DNA of 64,000 nucleotides from an uncultured Methanoregulaceae archaeon (GTDB lineage: Archaea > Halobacteriota > Methanomicrobia > Methanomicrobiales > Methanospirillaceae), in contig CAVTTL010000001.1 in the NCBI GenBank assembly GCA_963737635.1, positions 1,824,001-1,888,000 on the forward strand, in the 5' to 3' direction. This document shows positions 43,025 to 52,346 of the stretch, in pieces. Below the pieces are notes generated by a model. That model was not told the DNA's origin. It saw nothing but the letters and a program-made list of their open reading frames with translations, and ran no database searches. Numbering within the stretch: the first letter of the stretch is position 1; every line of letters begins with the position of its first letter. The translations under genes were made by a program, and so were the position numbers.

Positions 43025-43108
43025 TTACTTCTTCTTCGGGGCTGCCTTCTTTACGGCGGGTTTTTTTGCTGGGGCCTTCTTTACGGCTGGTTTCTTTGCT
43101 GCAACCAT
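43025..43108 (-). CDS. 27-aa Lys/Ala/Pro-rich histone-H1-tail-like microprotein
   Basis: MVAAKKPAVKKAPAKKPAVKKAAPKKK*; GGAGGTG RBS 9 nt upstream; TTTATTAA TATA-like box further upstream; below ORF-track cut-off. Confidence 0.75.
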   Translation of the reverse strand: MVAAKKPAVKKAPAKKPAVKKAAPKKK

Positions 43109-43493
43109 TTTCAATCCACCTCCCACCGGAAAGGGTTATAATTCTCATTATTCTCTGAATTAATAAATATTTTGGTCAAAATGGTATTTTCCCGCATAGA
43201 AATGCTATAAATCGTCATTTTGTCCTGCGCAAAATGCGGGACTCCGGAATAGAACTGATTTTAAGAACGATTGGGAGCGAAATGCGCAATCATGGGAATA
43301 TGGTCCGGATTGTCAAAAAAGGAGCAGTGGGGTGCTCAATCAAGGTTGCAAGGTCATGGGGATTTTGCCGGAAACGATAATTTGCCTGACGTTTCTCCAA
43401 AATGACGCGCACATCTCTTCATCCCGGACAGCGTATTGTATATTGAAATATAAAAGAGAACATTAAAAACGTTTGTTGTTCCACTCCATACCC

Positions 43494-43862
43494 ATGAAGA
43501 AACCATTTGTCATTGGCGTGATTGGGGGTCTCCTTGGCATCGCAACTGCGGCATTCGTTATTTTTTCTTCAACGTCATCTGACGTGACCCTATCAGGTGT
43601 CCAGGATGCACTTTTTTCAAGCCTCGGCCTGATGGGTGCAGTGATCTCAAACAGCGAGACCCGGTTCGCCGGGTGGATGCTGATCTCATCCGTCGTGTGG
43701 ATTATTATATCGGTCCCGCTTGCCGGGTCGTCCAACTTGCTCGTATGGTACATACCCTCGGTCATTTTGCTCGGGATAGCGGCTGTACTCTGTTTTATGG
43801 AACCACAATCCGAGAATGCACCGTCAACCGAGGAGCCCTCTGACGTGGAAGAAGGAGACTAA
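43494..43862 (+). CDS. Hypothetical 4-TM membrane protein with acidic tail
   Basis: Four hydrophobic segments, ends EEPSDVEEGD. Confidence 0.65.
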   Translation: MKKPFVIGVIGGLLGIATAAFVIFSSTSSDVTLSGVQDALFSSLGLMGAVISNSETRFAGWMLISSVVWIIISVPLAGSSNLLVWYIPSVILLGIAAVLCFMEPQSENAPSTEEPSDVEEGD

Positions 43863-43967
43863 GACCTCTTTATTTTTATCGTGGCGGATTCCCGGCGAAA
43901 CGTTCCCGCCCCCACATTAAGGATTCAGGTCCGCAGGGCTCTCCCGTATGTTGAAAAGAAAATCGGG

Positions 43968-44318
43968 TTATGATTGTTTTTCGTCTTCGGCGTACGAAGG
44001 CGGCATAACCGGAACGGATGAACGGCATACCACATCAGTAGCGATCCGGTTGAGGACAACAACAAGGACAAGCAGCAGGATCGCGGCAAACGCGAATTCC
44101 AGGTATTGCATTCCTCCCACGGTGAGCCACGCATAGATGCCATAACAGACCCCAGCAGCAGACACAAGTGTTATGGCAAGAATGCCGGCGCGCAGTCCGG
44201 TGAACGATCTGCTCCGGATATCCGGGAAGAGCAGCAGGCCTACCACGCTTATAGCGCCAAACCCGAGCGCTGCAAGAAGCAGGATGTACAAAAGCACGTC
44301 GAGTATCCATGCAATCAT
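43968..44318 (-). CDS. MrpG/MnhG-like antiporter subunit (divergent)
   Basis: GLLLFPDIRSR resembles MnhG GLxRFPDxxxR; 3 TM; ATGA overlap with the F-like gene. Confidence 0.65.
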   Translation of the reverse strand: MIAWILDVLLYILLLAALGFGAISVVGLLLFPDIRSRSFTGLRAGILAITLVSAAGVCYGIYAWLTVGGMQYLEFAFAAILLLVLVVVLNRIATDVVCRSSVPVMPPSYAEDEKQS

Positions 44319-44578
44319 GCCGTTGCACCCCGGGAAACCTGGGAGATACGGATAGTAACTGCAAACACGATGCATGCAAGCAGGCCGGCAATTAACGCTA
44401 TGATCAGGCTGCCGACAGATACGGTCAGGGCCAGTGCCCCTGTACAGGCGAGGGTGGCTGCTACATTGATCGCGATCAGACGGTCATTTAGTGTCGGTCC
44501 AGGAAGGATACGCAGTACTGCACAGAAGGCAAGAATGAAAAAAACGACTGCCGCAAAAAGCCAGATATCAATGGTCAT
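44315..44578 (-). CDS. MrpF/MnhF-like antiporter subunit
   Basis: RILPGPTLNDRLIAIN matches MnhF RxxxGPTxxDRxxAxD; 3 TM. Confidence 0.75.
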   Translation of the reverse strand: MTIDIWLFAAVVFFILAFCAVLRILPGPTLNDRLIAINVAATLACTGALALTVSVGSLIIALIAGLLACIVFAVTIRISQVSRGATA

Positions 44579-44776
44579 TATCGATCACACCCCAAAAATT
44601 TCCGGTATGCCCGGGTTTCCAGCGGCTCTCTCTCACAGTATCAAAGTGGTGGGGAGTACATATCAAATCTATCGCTCTTTCTCGGAGGGGTGCCGGTACA
44701 AACACCCCGTGAGTCTCCTCCGTAAAGAAAGACGGCGCTTACCATTTTATACGAACAAAGGCGTACAGATGAGGGA

Positions 44777-46189
44777 ATGCGCCTCTCTTATCTTGGCAGG
44801 ATCTTGCTGCGCTGGTGCGACCAGTGCCATACACCGGTGCTTGCAAAGATCTGTTCAGCGTGCGGTTCGGCAACCCGGGAAGTACCGCTTACCCCTCCCG
44901 GTGACGCACGACCGGCATTTCCAGCCGATGTCGCACTTATTAACACTATCTTTCAGGAGCACTTTGGCGCACCGCTCGTTCCCGAAGGGCATCTTGTCCT
45001 GTTAAACAAGGTCCCGGACACCGACCGGATGGAAGAGATCGTCATTGGTGGAGGCATCGCGGGTTCCATCCGGTATATCCCAAAGGAACGCCGTTGGGAA
45101 CCCATTCCGCGCCCCGAAGCCTGCAGCGTGTTCCGGCCACAAAAACGATGTGTTGTTGTAGACGACAGCGCCGTGCCGTTTATCCGCGATCAGGGGATGA
45201 GTGTTCTCCGGCCCGGGCTTGATTTCGTCGATGATGAGGTACGGAAGGGGGATGAGGTTTTTGTCCTCACTAAAACTGGGGAATGTATTGCGGTAGGAAG
45301 GGCAAAAGTCGGGGCGGAGGAAGCCCGGGCGATGCTGAAAGGGCAGATTGTGAGAAATCGTAAAAATGTTCCTTCAACCATCGTGCCAGGGAAAGCCACA
45401 TGGCAGGATGCGGTCCGGTCAAATGCCGAAGTAATATCTCGTGCGGAAGACGAGGCGGTCCGGTTTGTACAGTCTGTTGCTGCCGCGTATCCTCTCAAGC
45501 CTACCATCTCGTACTCCGGAGGAAAAGACAGCCTGGCGACCCTGCTCGTGGTAAGAAAAGCGCTCGGTAGCGTTCCCCTGCTTTTCGCCGATACCGGGTT
45601 GGAATTCCCGGAGACCTACGAGAATGTGGCGGTAGTCCAGCAGAAATACCAGGTAGAACTCATCCGGACCGCCACCTCCAGTACATTTTTTGCTACCCTT
45701 GCCCGGCAGGGACCTCCGGCGGTCAACGCGCGCTGGTGCTGCAGCGTCTGCAAGCTCATTCCAATCGCAGAGACCATCCGTTCAACGTGGGGAGAGTGCC
45801 TCTCTTTTATCGGGCAGCGCCGGTACGAATCTCTTTCACGCTCAGAAAGCGATCGGGTCTGGAAAAACCCGACCGTAAAAGTTCAGGTCTCTGCTGCGCC
45901 GATTCAGGAATGGACTGCACTTCATGTGTGGCTGTACCTTTTCAGGGAAGAAGCACCCTATAACCGGCTCTACGAGCGCCGGCTCGATCGGATCGGATGT
46001 TTCATGTGCCCGTCCAGTGATATGGCATTGATCCACATGATCGAGACCGAGTTTCCCGGCCTCTGGAGCGGGTGGAGAGAACACCTCGAAACATGGCGCA
46101 AAGGAGAGGATCTGCCGACTGACTGGATCGAGAGCGGGGCATGGAGAATCCGGGAGGGGACGCATGGGAAAGAACATCACCATCATTGA
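44777..46189 (+). CDS. PAPS-reductase-family protein with PUA domain and N-terminal Zn ribbon
   Basis: CxxC..CxxC, PUA-like region, SYSGGKDS, DTGLEFPET, RWCCSVCK, RIGCFMCP. Confidence 0.88.
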   Translation: MRLSYLGRILLRWCDQCHTPVLAKICSACGSATREVPLTPPGDARPAFPADVALINTIFQEHFGAPLVPEGHLVLLNKVPDTDRMEEIVIGGGIAGSIRYIPKERRWEPIPRPEACSVFRPQKRCVVVDDSAVPFIRDQGMSVLRPGLDFVDDEVRKGDEVFVLTKTGECIAVGRAKVGAEEARAMLKGQIVRNRKNVPSTIVPGKATWQDAVRSNAEVISRAEDEAVRFVQSVAAAYPLKPTISYSGGKDSLATLLVVRKALGSVPLLFADTGLEFPETYENVAVVQQKYQVELIRTATSSTFFATLARQGPPAVNARWCCSVCKLIPIAETIRSTWGECLSFIGQRRYESLSRSESDRVWKNPTVKVQVSAAPIQEWTALHVWLYLFREEAPYNRLYERRLDRIGCFMCPSSDMALIHMIETEFPGLWSGWREHLETWRKGEDLPTDWIESGAWRIREGTHGKEHHHH

Positions 46190-46772
46190 TTATGGCCTTG
46201 GAAACCTGCGCAGCGTTATGCGGGGTATTGAGGCTGCCGGTGCACGGGCTGTCATTACGGGCGATGCCGAAGAGATTGCGGCGGCTGACGGCATTGTGCT
46301 GCCCGGCGTCGGTGCCTTTCACGAAGGAATGGAACAGCTGGGATCTATGAGGGAAACAGTGTGCGCTGCTACTAAAACCATCCCCCTCCTTGGCATCTGT
46401 CTTGGCATGCAGATGCTCATGGATTCAAGCGAGGAGCACGGGCTGCACCAGGGACTTGGCCTTATTCCGGGCAGTGTCCGCCGGTTCCCCATTGTTCCTG
46501 GCGCCAAGGTTCCGCACATGGGCTGGAATACCATACGGCTTACAAAAGAGGATAACCCACTTTTTTCCGGTCTCCCCCGGGAGGCATATGTATATTTCGT
46601 TCATTCCTACTATGCGGATACAACTCCCCAGTACACGCTCACTTTGACGGAATACATTCTCCCCTTTGCCTCATCTATCGTCAAGGACAAGGTATACGGT
46701 GTCCAGTTCCATCCGGAAAAGAGCGGGACCGTCGGGTTGCAGTTGCTTAAAAATTTTATCGATCTGGTCTGA
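46164..46772 (+). CDS. hisH: Imidazole glycerol phosphate synthase glutaminase subunit
   Basis: DYGLGNLRSV, LPGVGAF, GICLGMQ, PHMGWN, YFVHSY, QFHPEKS. Confidence 0.96.
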   Translation: MGKNITIIDYGLGNLRSVMRGIEAAGARAVITGDAEEIAAADGIVLPGVGAFHEGMEQLGSMRETVCAATKTIPLLGICLGMQMLMDSSEEHGLHQGLGLIPGSVRRFPIVPGAKVPHMGWNTIRLTKEDNPLFSGLPREAYVYFVHSYYADTTPQYTLTLTEYILPFASSIVKDKVYGVQFHPEKSGTVGLQLLKNFIDLV

Positions 46773-46864
46773 GGACCTCGCATATCATCGCCCCACAGAT
46801 TTCCATGCAAGCTACTTCACCCATTTGGGAACCTTTTTAATTCCGGCGATTCGATCAATTAGAC

Positions 46865-47701
46865 ATGAAAAAGTTTCTTATCATCCTGCTCCTGCTATCG
46901 CTGTTTCTCGTAGGATCGGCATCAGCATATGGCATTTACCTGAACTGCACTCCACTCTCCATCCCGGTTGGCCAGACCATCAAATGTTCGGTCGATTCCG
47001 ACTTCCCGCCGGGGACCAGTTTTAATCTGGTTTTTTACCAGAAGCAGTATACCGCTACAGAAATCACCAGCCAGACGATGACGATCCAGCCAAACCAGCT
47101 CACCCAGTACGCGCTCTTTGATACTACCGGACTCAAAGGGGGCCAGTACGACGTGGAGATCCAGTGGAACGGTGCCGTACCTGCGATGCGTAGCGACTCA
47201 GTTTCAGGCCAGATTATCATGCTTACTGACCGCTCTGCAGATATCACGCTTACCTCTTCCACAACCCAGAACCTTGCTGATGCCCTAGTGATCTCCGGCA
47301 CACTCAAGAACGGAGGGAACAGCGGTATCCAGGTTCAGGTCGATGGCGAATCATCGGGCCGGGTATTTGGCCCACAATATATCCAGACGGTAGCAAATAT
47401 CCAGAACGGAGATGGTGTCTTTTCACAGACTGTGCCCGTAACCCAGCCTGACACCTATAATGTCAAGTTTTCCGATGCTAACGGTCTCATTACTACCGTC
47501 GCATACACGGTCGTTGCCCCGACAGTAGCAACCACCATACCCACGATTATAACCCCGCCCCCGGTCACCACCACTCCTACGGTGACCTACACACCTATCG
47601 TCCACCCCACAACACATGCGCCTCTGCCCTCGATTGTGGTTATCGGAGCGCTTGGCATTGGTGCGTTATATGCCATCAGGATAAGAAAAGACCGTAATTA
47701 A
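46865..47701 (+). CDS. Cell-surface protein with Thr/Pro linker and C-terminal anchor
   Basis: Signal peptide (ASA), beta-rich body, TTPTVT linker, APLP + TM + RIRK. Confidence 0.8.
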   Translation: MKKFLIILLLLSLFLVGSASAYGIYLNCTPLSIPVGQTIKCSVDSDFPPGTSFNLVFYQKQYTATEITSQTMTIQPNQLTQYALFDTTGLKGGQYDVEIQWNGAVPAMRSDSVSGQIIMLTDRSADITLTSSTTQNLADALVISGTLKNGGNSGIQVQVDGESSGRVFGPQYIQTVANIQNGDGVFSQTVPVTQPDTYNVKFSDANGLITTVAYTVVAPTVATTIPTIITPPPVTTTPTVTYTPIVHPTTHAPLPSIVVIGALGIGALYAIRIRKDRN

Positions 47702-47813
47702 ACCATCGATTTGTTTTTTTTCGCCGCAGCCGGTATATTAGCGGTGTAAAGAGTATCTCCGGATACCTTTTTTTCCGGTCAGGCCGGTAGCGCTATATCC
47801 CAACGGAAATTTT

Positions 47814-48413
47814 TCAGCGCCACTTCTTCCAGAGATAGGCCTCATAGCAGAGCAGGATAAAAATAACTAGGACCCCGCCGAGGAAGAAGGCAAGTGCAGG
47901 ATCAAGAGTCGCAGCCGGAACCACGGCAGTTTCCTGAAGGATGTTTGCACCGTACACCCCGGCTCCCGATCCCACACTGGGTGTCGCCATGGGTACTGCT
48001 TCGGATACAGCCCGCGAGGAAAGCGTGGGTGAAAGGGCAATGACAACAAGTGTCCCTGCAACAACGATCCCAAAGAGGGAGCTGTACTTAAGAAGAATGT
48101 CCCGGACATTGATATTTTTGGGGGCAACAATCAGGAGCCGGTCGCTTAGTGCGTATATCTTCACTTCACGCCCTTTAATACTGTACCGGGTTTCGGACAC
48201 GGTAATCAGACCGGCGTCGAGCAGGTTTTCTGTATGGTATTTTGCTGTGGTAAGAGGAATCCGGAGATGTTCGGTAATATCAGTGAGGCTTCGTGCACCG
48301 GCAGCAAGAAGGGTCAGGATGTCATTTGCGGTCTGGCTTGCCATGGCTTTTGCTATCTTTTGCGCACGTTCATCGCCCGGTTCCAGCACCACAACGTCGT
48401 CGGTCATATTCAC
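47814..48413 (-). CDS. ArsR-family HTH protein with two C-terminal TM helices
   Basis: AKAMASQTANDIL, YHTENLLDAGLI, YSIKGREVKIY. Confidence 0.82.
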   Translation of the reverse strand: MNMTDDVVVLEPGDERAQKIAKAMASQTANDILTLLAAGARSLTDITEHLRIPLTTAKYHTENLLDAGLITVSETRYSIKGREVKIYALSDRLLIVAPKNINVRDILLKYSSLFGIVVAGTLVVIALSPTLSSRAVSEAVPMATPSVGSGAGVYGANILQETAVVPAATLDPALAFFLGGVLVIFILLCYEAYLWKKWR

Positions 48414-51154
48414 TTCTTTTGCAGGGCTGCTATAATGCGTTCGCGCCCCACGTTCAGGGCAAGGTCCAGTTTATCTGCATCGGGCCCGCCGCCCTGTGCC
48501 ATCTGGGGTTTCCCGCCGCCTTTGCCGCCAAGAAGGCTGCACAGCTGCCCAATAATCTCACCCGCGTTTACCCGGGGGTCACCGGAGGCAAGCACGACCC
48601 GGGCGGTTTCACCCGGGGTGGCAAGAAGGGCGACACCCCCTTTTTCAGAAAGGGCTGTGGCGATCGTTGAAAGTTCGCGGGGAGCAAGATCGATGCGTTT
48701 GACAAAGACGGAAATCCCGCAGATAACTTCGGCGGGGATGGTCCTGAGTTCGAGTTCCACTAGTTTCTGGCTCATGCGTTCGATCTCTTTTTTCTGGTCT
48801 TTCCATTCGGTGAAGAACCTCAAGACTGTGGGAGGAAGGTTATCGAGCTGAACGGAGAGGACTTCCGCAGAGGCGGTGGCAAGCTGCTCCAGGTGCTGTG
48901 TATAATAGACCGCTGCCGTCCCCGCCGCAAACTCGATCCGTTCGATCCCGTCCTGGATATGCTCGACCCTGAGGATTTTGATCATCCCGATCTCCCCGGT
49001 GCTCCGGCAGTGGGTGCCCGCGCAGGCTTCGATATCACCGGCTACTTTCACTACCCGGATATCCTTTCCCTGAGGAACCCCTCCCTGGTACAGGGAAAAG
49101 CCGTATTCCTGTTCGGCTTTCGTACGGTTCTCAATAGAGATCTCGACCGGTTGGTTGGCCATCACCATCCGGTTTGCTGCAACTTCGATTTTGCGGAGCT
49201 CATCGGGGGTAATATGCTTGAAATGACGGATATCGATACGCGAGGTCTCGGGACCTTTCTGCGCACCGGACTGGTGGATATGGACGCCAAGAACCTCTTT
49301 TGCTGCGTGAAGGAGGATATGGGTAGCGGTGTGGTGACGCATCAGCGAGAACCGCCGTTCCTCATCAACCATGCCTTTCACCCGATCGCCACGCTGGAGG
49401 ACGCCGCCACTGATATGATGGAGAATGACCTCGCCTACTTTGAGGACATCGTCCACCCGGGCCATGCTCTCCGGCCCGACGAGGCTTCCGGTATCTGCAG
49501 GCTGTCCACCGCCCTCCGGGTAAAAGAGCGTCTGGTCAAGCACCGCGTACTCATCGAAGAAATCGATGACGATCGCCGCGAACTCGGTATCCCCGGGCTG
49601 CTCGTAATAGAGTTTCTTTGTCGGTGGAAGTCCGCTGACTCGATCCGCATACGCTGAGGTCTTGTCAACAACCGCCTCTTTCTTTGATTCAGAGTGCATA
49701 TCGGCAATCTGGGAATAGAAATTGTCTGGGAGATCGATCACTGCGCCTTCCTTTGTGGCGATGTCCTTGATCATCTCCGGGGGAATGCCATGGGAATCGT
49801 ACAGGGTAATAATCTCTGATAGAGGCACACGCTGGCTCTTTGCCTTGTACGTCTTTGCGACCTTCTGGACGATCCGGCTACCCCGGTCAAGCGTTACCGC
49901 GTACTTTTCCACCTCACGGTCAACAATCTCACGGACAACCGCAATATCCTGTGCGAACTTGGTTATGCCGATAATCTTCATCTGTTCTTCGATGAGATCA
50001 GCAAGCGTATCCTGCATCTTGAACTCATTCATCATCCGGAGTGTACGGCGGATGACAAGCCGGGCGAGGTATCCTTCCCGGACATTCGAGGGAACGATGC
50101 AGTCCCCGAGCATGTAGGCAAGGCACCGGGTATGGTCGACAATGGCGTACACCTTTTCGATGGGGGTAATCATCCGGTCGAGTTTTTCCGGTGAGATCTC
50201 GATGGCCGCCGCAACCTTCTTTCGCAGGTTAAAGAGGTTGGATCCTGAGATGTCCATCAGGCCGGCGAACTTCGCGTTCAATGCAAGGATCTTCGTATAG
50301 TCCTTGTTCTCAAGAAGGTGGGAGATACCTGCCGAGCTCATGACCCGGCTGACCATATCGGGGAAGACTGCATCATAGATGGTCGGGGATCCTTTCGATG
50401 CCCAGACAAGCCGCTCAAGCCCGTACCCGGTATCAACTATGCGGAGTTTCATCGGGTAATATTTCTCGCCATTGAGATCGTAGCCGGGGTGCTCGGTCTT
50501 CTGCCGGCCAAGGCTCATGAAGACAAGCGTCGCCACTTCGAGACCGCCAATCATAACTTCGACGCTCGGTCCTGCATTCCCGCCGCCGATCCATGGGTGC
50601 TCCTTGTACGTGACCTTGTTCAGGTCCCCACCGATTGACGAGAGGAACTGGTCGCACAGCTCGACAGTGCGGTCTTTCCAGTAGATCTCCTCGGTTGGCG
50701 TATTAAACGCGTGGTGGGCAAGCATTTCAAAGGTTGTCAGGTGCCGCCCTGACCTCCCGACCGAGTCAAGATCGTTGAGCCGTATACAAGGCTGGGAGAT
50801 AGTGAGAGGATTTGCCGGTGGGGGGACGATGCCTGCGGTCACGAACGGCTGGAAATCAGCGATGGATGCGATGGTCAGATAGATGTCGTCTCTCCAGCGG
50901 GCGACGACGGGGTACCGTTCGATCCGGGTATGGCCGTTTCTCTCAAAAAAGGAGAGATAGGCCTCCCGCATCTCGTCAACGGTATGGCAGGTAAATACGG
51001 GATTGCCGATGAATGAATAGGGTTCACAGGGTGCGTCCCCACAAACCTCGCGGGAACTGTCCCGGGTCCAAAAGGCGGAGCCACAGGATTTGCATATCTT
51101 CCGCATCAACCCTTCTTGCTTGAAATAGTCGAGCTGGTATTCTTCTTCGAGCAT
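48410..51154 (-). CDS. alaS: Alanine--tRNA ligase (archaeal type)
   Basis: RWRDDIYLTIASIADFQP, DTGYGLER, YPEGGGQ, HHTATH, CAGTH, GKGGG. Confidence 0.97.
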   Translation of the reverse strand: MLEEEYQLDYFKQEGLMRKICKSCGSAFWTRDSSREVCGDAPCEPYSFIGNPVFTCHTVDEMREAYLSFFERNGHTRIERYPVVARWRDDIYLTIASIADFQPFVTAGIVPPPANPLTISQPCIRLNDLDSVGRSGRHLTTFEMLAHHAFNTPTEEIYWKDRTVELCDQFLSSIGGDLNKVTYKEHPWIGGGNAGPSVEVMIGGLEVATLVFMSLGRQKTEHPGYDLNGEKYYPMKLRIVDTGYGLERLVWASKGSPTIYDAVFPDMVSRVMSSAGISHLLENKDYTKILALNAKFAGLMDISGSNLFNLRKKVAAAIEISPEKLDRMITPIEKVYAIVDHTRCLAYMLGDCIVPSNVREGYLARLVIRRTLRMMNEFKMQDTLADLIEEQMKIIGITKFAQDIAVVREIVDREVEKYAVTLDRGSRIVQKVAKTYKAKSQRVPLSEIITLYDSHGIPPEMIKDIATKEGAVIDLPDNFYSQIADMHSESKKEAVVDKTSAYADRVSGLPPTKKLYYEQPGDTEFAAIVIDFFDEYAVLDQTLFYPEGGGQPADTGSLVGPESMARVDDVLKVGEVILHHISGGVLQRGDRVKGMVDEERRFSLMRHHTATHILLHAAKEVLGVHIHQSGAQKGPETSRIDIRHFKHITPDELRKIEVAANRMVMANQPVEISIENRTKAEQEYGFSLYQGGVPQGKDIRVVKVAGDIEACAGTHCRSTGEIGMIKILRVEHIQDGIERIEFAAGTAAVYYTQHLEQLATASAEVLSVQLDNLPPTVLRFFTEWKDQKKEIERMSQKLVELELRTIPAEVICGISVFVKRIDLAPRELSTIATALSEKGGVALLATPGETARVVLASGDPRVNAGEIIGQLCSLLGGKGGGKPQMAQGGGPDADKLDLALNVGRERIIAALQKK

Positions 51155-51557
51155 CAAACACACATCCATAGGATGGATATCGGGAATTTTCTGTACAATC
51201 GCAGACCAGTTCTGCCGGTGGGCTCGGATCGATCCGACGAGGCTGACAGGACAAGGCGCATCGTCCGGGGTACTGGTTTTCCGCTCATTCATCAATGATT
51301 GAGCCGCGAAGGGAAAAAGGGTTTGCGATAACACAGTGTTCCGGGCAGGGGTTGCTGATGGGCATTTTTTGCAGACTCCAAGGTAACAACGGGACCGGAT
51401 TTATCATTGTTCTATTACTATTCAGCGTGGAATCCACAGAAAAATGAAGCCTCATGCAAATTGTGATAAACGACGTAAACAAATCAAGTTACAAGAATCC
51501 TCATATTGAACAACGAACATAGATAGTTATATCATTGATTTTTAGTGATTGTTAACT

Positions 51558-51788
51558 ATGGAATCATATGATAGTTTCCTTAGGGCGCTTTTACTTGGTG
51601 TGCTTTTAGGTGGTGGCCTCAGCATGTTTGGAAATTTATGGGTTGATGCATTAGTGAATGGTGCAAGTCTGACCCAAATTCATCCGTTGGACGATTTGCG
51701 TTTTTTATTCATCGTAGGATTTGTTATTTGGTGTGCTGTTATCATCATGATCTGGAAAATGGTTTATCCGGATAACCCCAAAAAATGA
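51558..51788 (+). CDS. Small AT-rich 2-TM hypothetical protein
   Basis: Two hydrophobic segments in an AT-rich patch. Confidence 0.5.
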   Translation: MESYDSFLRALLLGVLLGGGLSMFGNLWVDALVNGASLTQIHPLDDLRFLFIVGFVIWCAVIIMIWKMVYPDNPKK

Positions 51789-52028
51789 CTAAAATTTATG
51801 AGTGGTTCTGCAAACAATGTTCGGATCCTATGCGGAAGTAGTAACTGAAAAAAAACTTTGAAAATCGATTATCTTGCCTTGATTTTTCCACCCTTTACCG
51901 AAAGATATCTCAGAGACCTTTGATGAATTCGTTCCGGGCGAAAGTGTTGTGCAGTCCAGTAAAGATTGCAGAGAGAACAAGCAGAACCATACCTAACAGC
52001 AAGCTGAGATTTCATAGATCTATAATCG

Positions 52029-52346
52029 CTAAATTTTCTCGGTTTCCTGGTACCATGTATCAACAGTCTCGAATTCCCCGGTTGTCTCGGCAATCCGGAC
52101 GGCGATGATGTGCCAGCAGGGTTTTTGCCGGTAGGCAAAATCCCGGCAGGTACAGATCCCTTCACAGACAACATAATTCCCAGAAGAGCCGGTTACCACA
52201 AAGAAGTCGAGGTATTTTTTTACCAGATGCCTTTCGATGGCGTCAAGTGCCTTCTTTCCCCGTGTGCTGTACTGTGCGAGAAGAGCTGCCCGGCTCTCGT
52301 CGTCCAGTACTTTTCTCTCGCAAAGCAGCTGCCAAGGATCGCTCAT
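52029..52346 (-). CDS. SWIM zinc-finger protein
   Basis: CTCRDF...PCWHIIA (CxC-xn-CxH). Confidence 0.85.
   Translation of the reverse strand: MSDPWQLLCERKVLDDESRAALLAQYSTRGKKALDAIERHLVKKYLDFFVVTGSSGNYVVCEGICTCRDFAYRQKPCWHIIAVRIAETTGEFETVDTWYQETEKI

Noticed and set aside
43190-43241. Short inverted repeats (TCCCGCAT/ATGCGGGA; CATTTTG/CAAAATG) upstream of the microprotein
   Set aside because: 7-8 bp arms that overlap each other; could arise by chance
46164-46189. HHHH tail on the PAPS-reductase protein as a metal-binding tag
   Set aside because: By-product of the overlap with hisH codons for NITII
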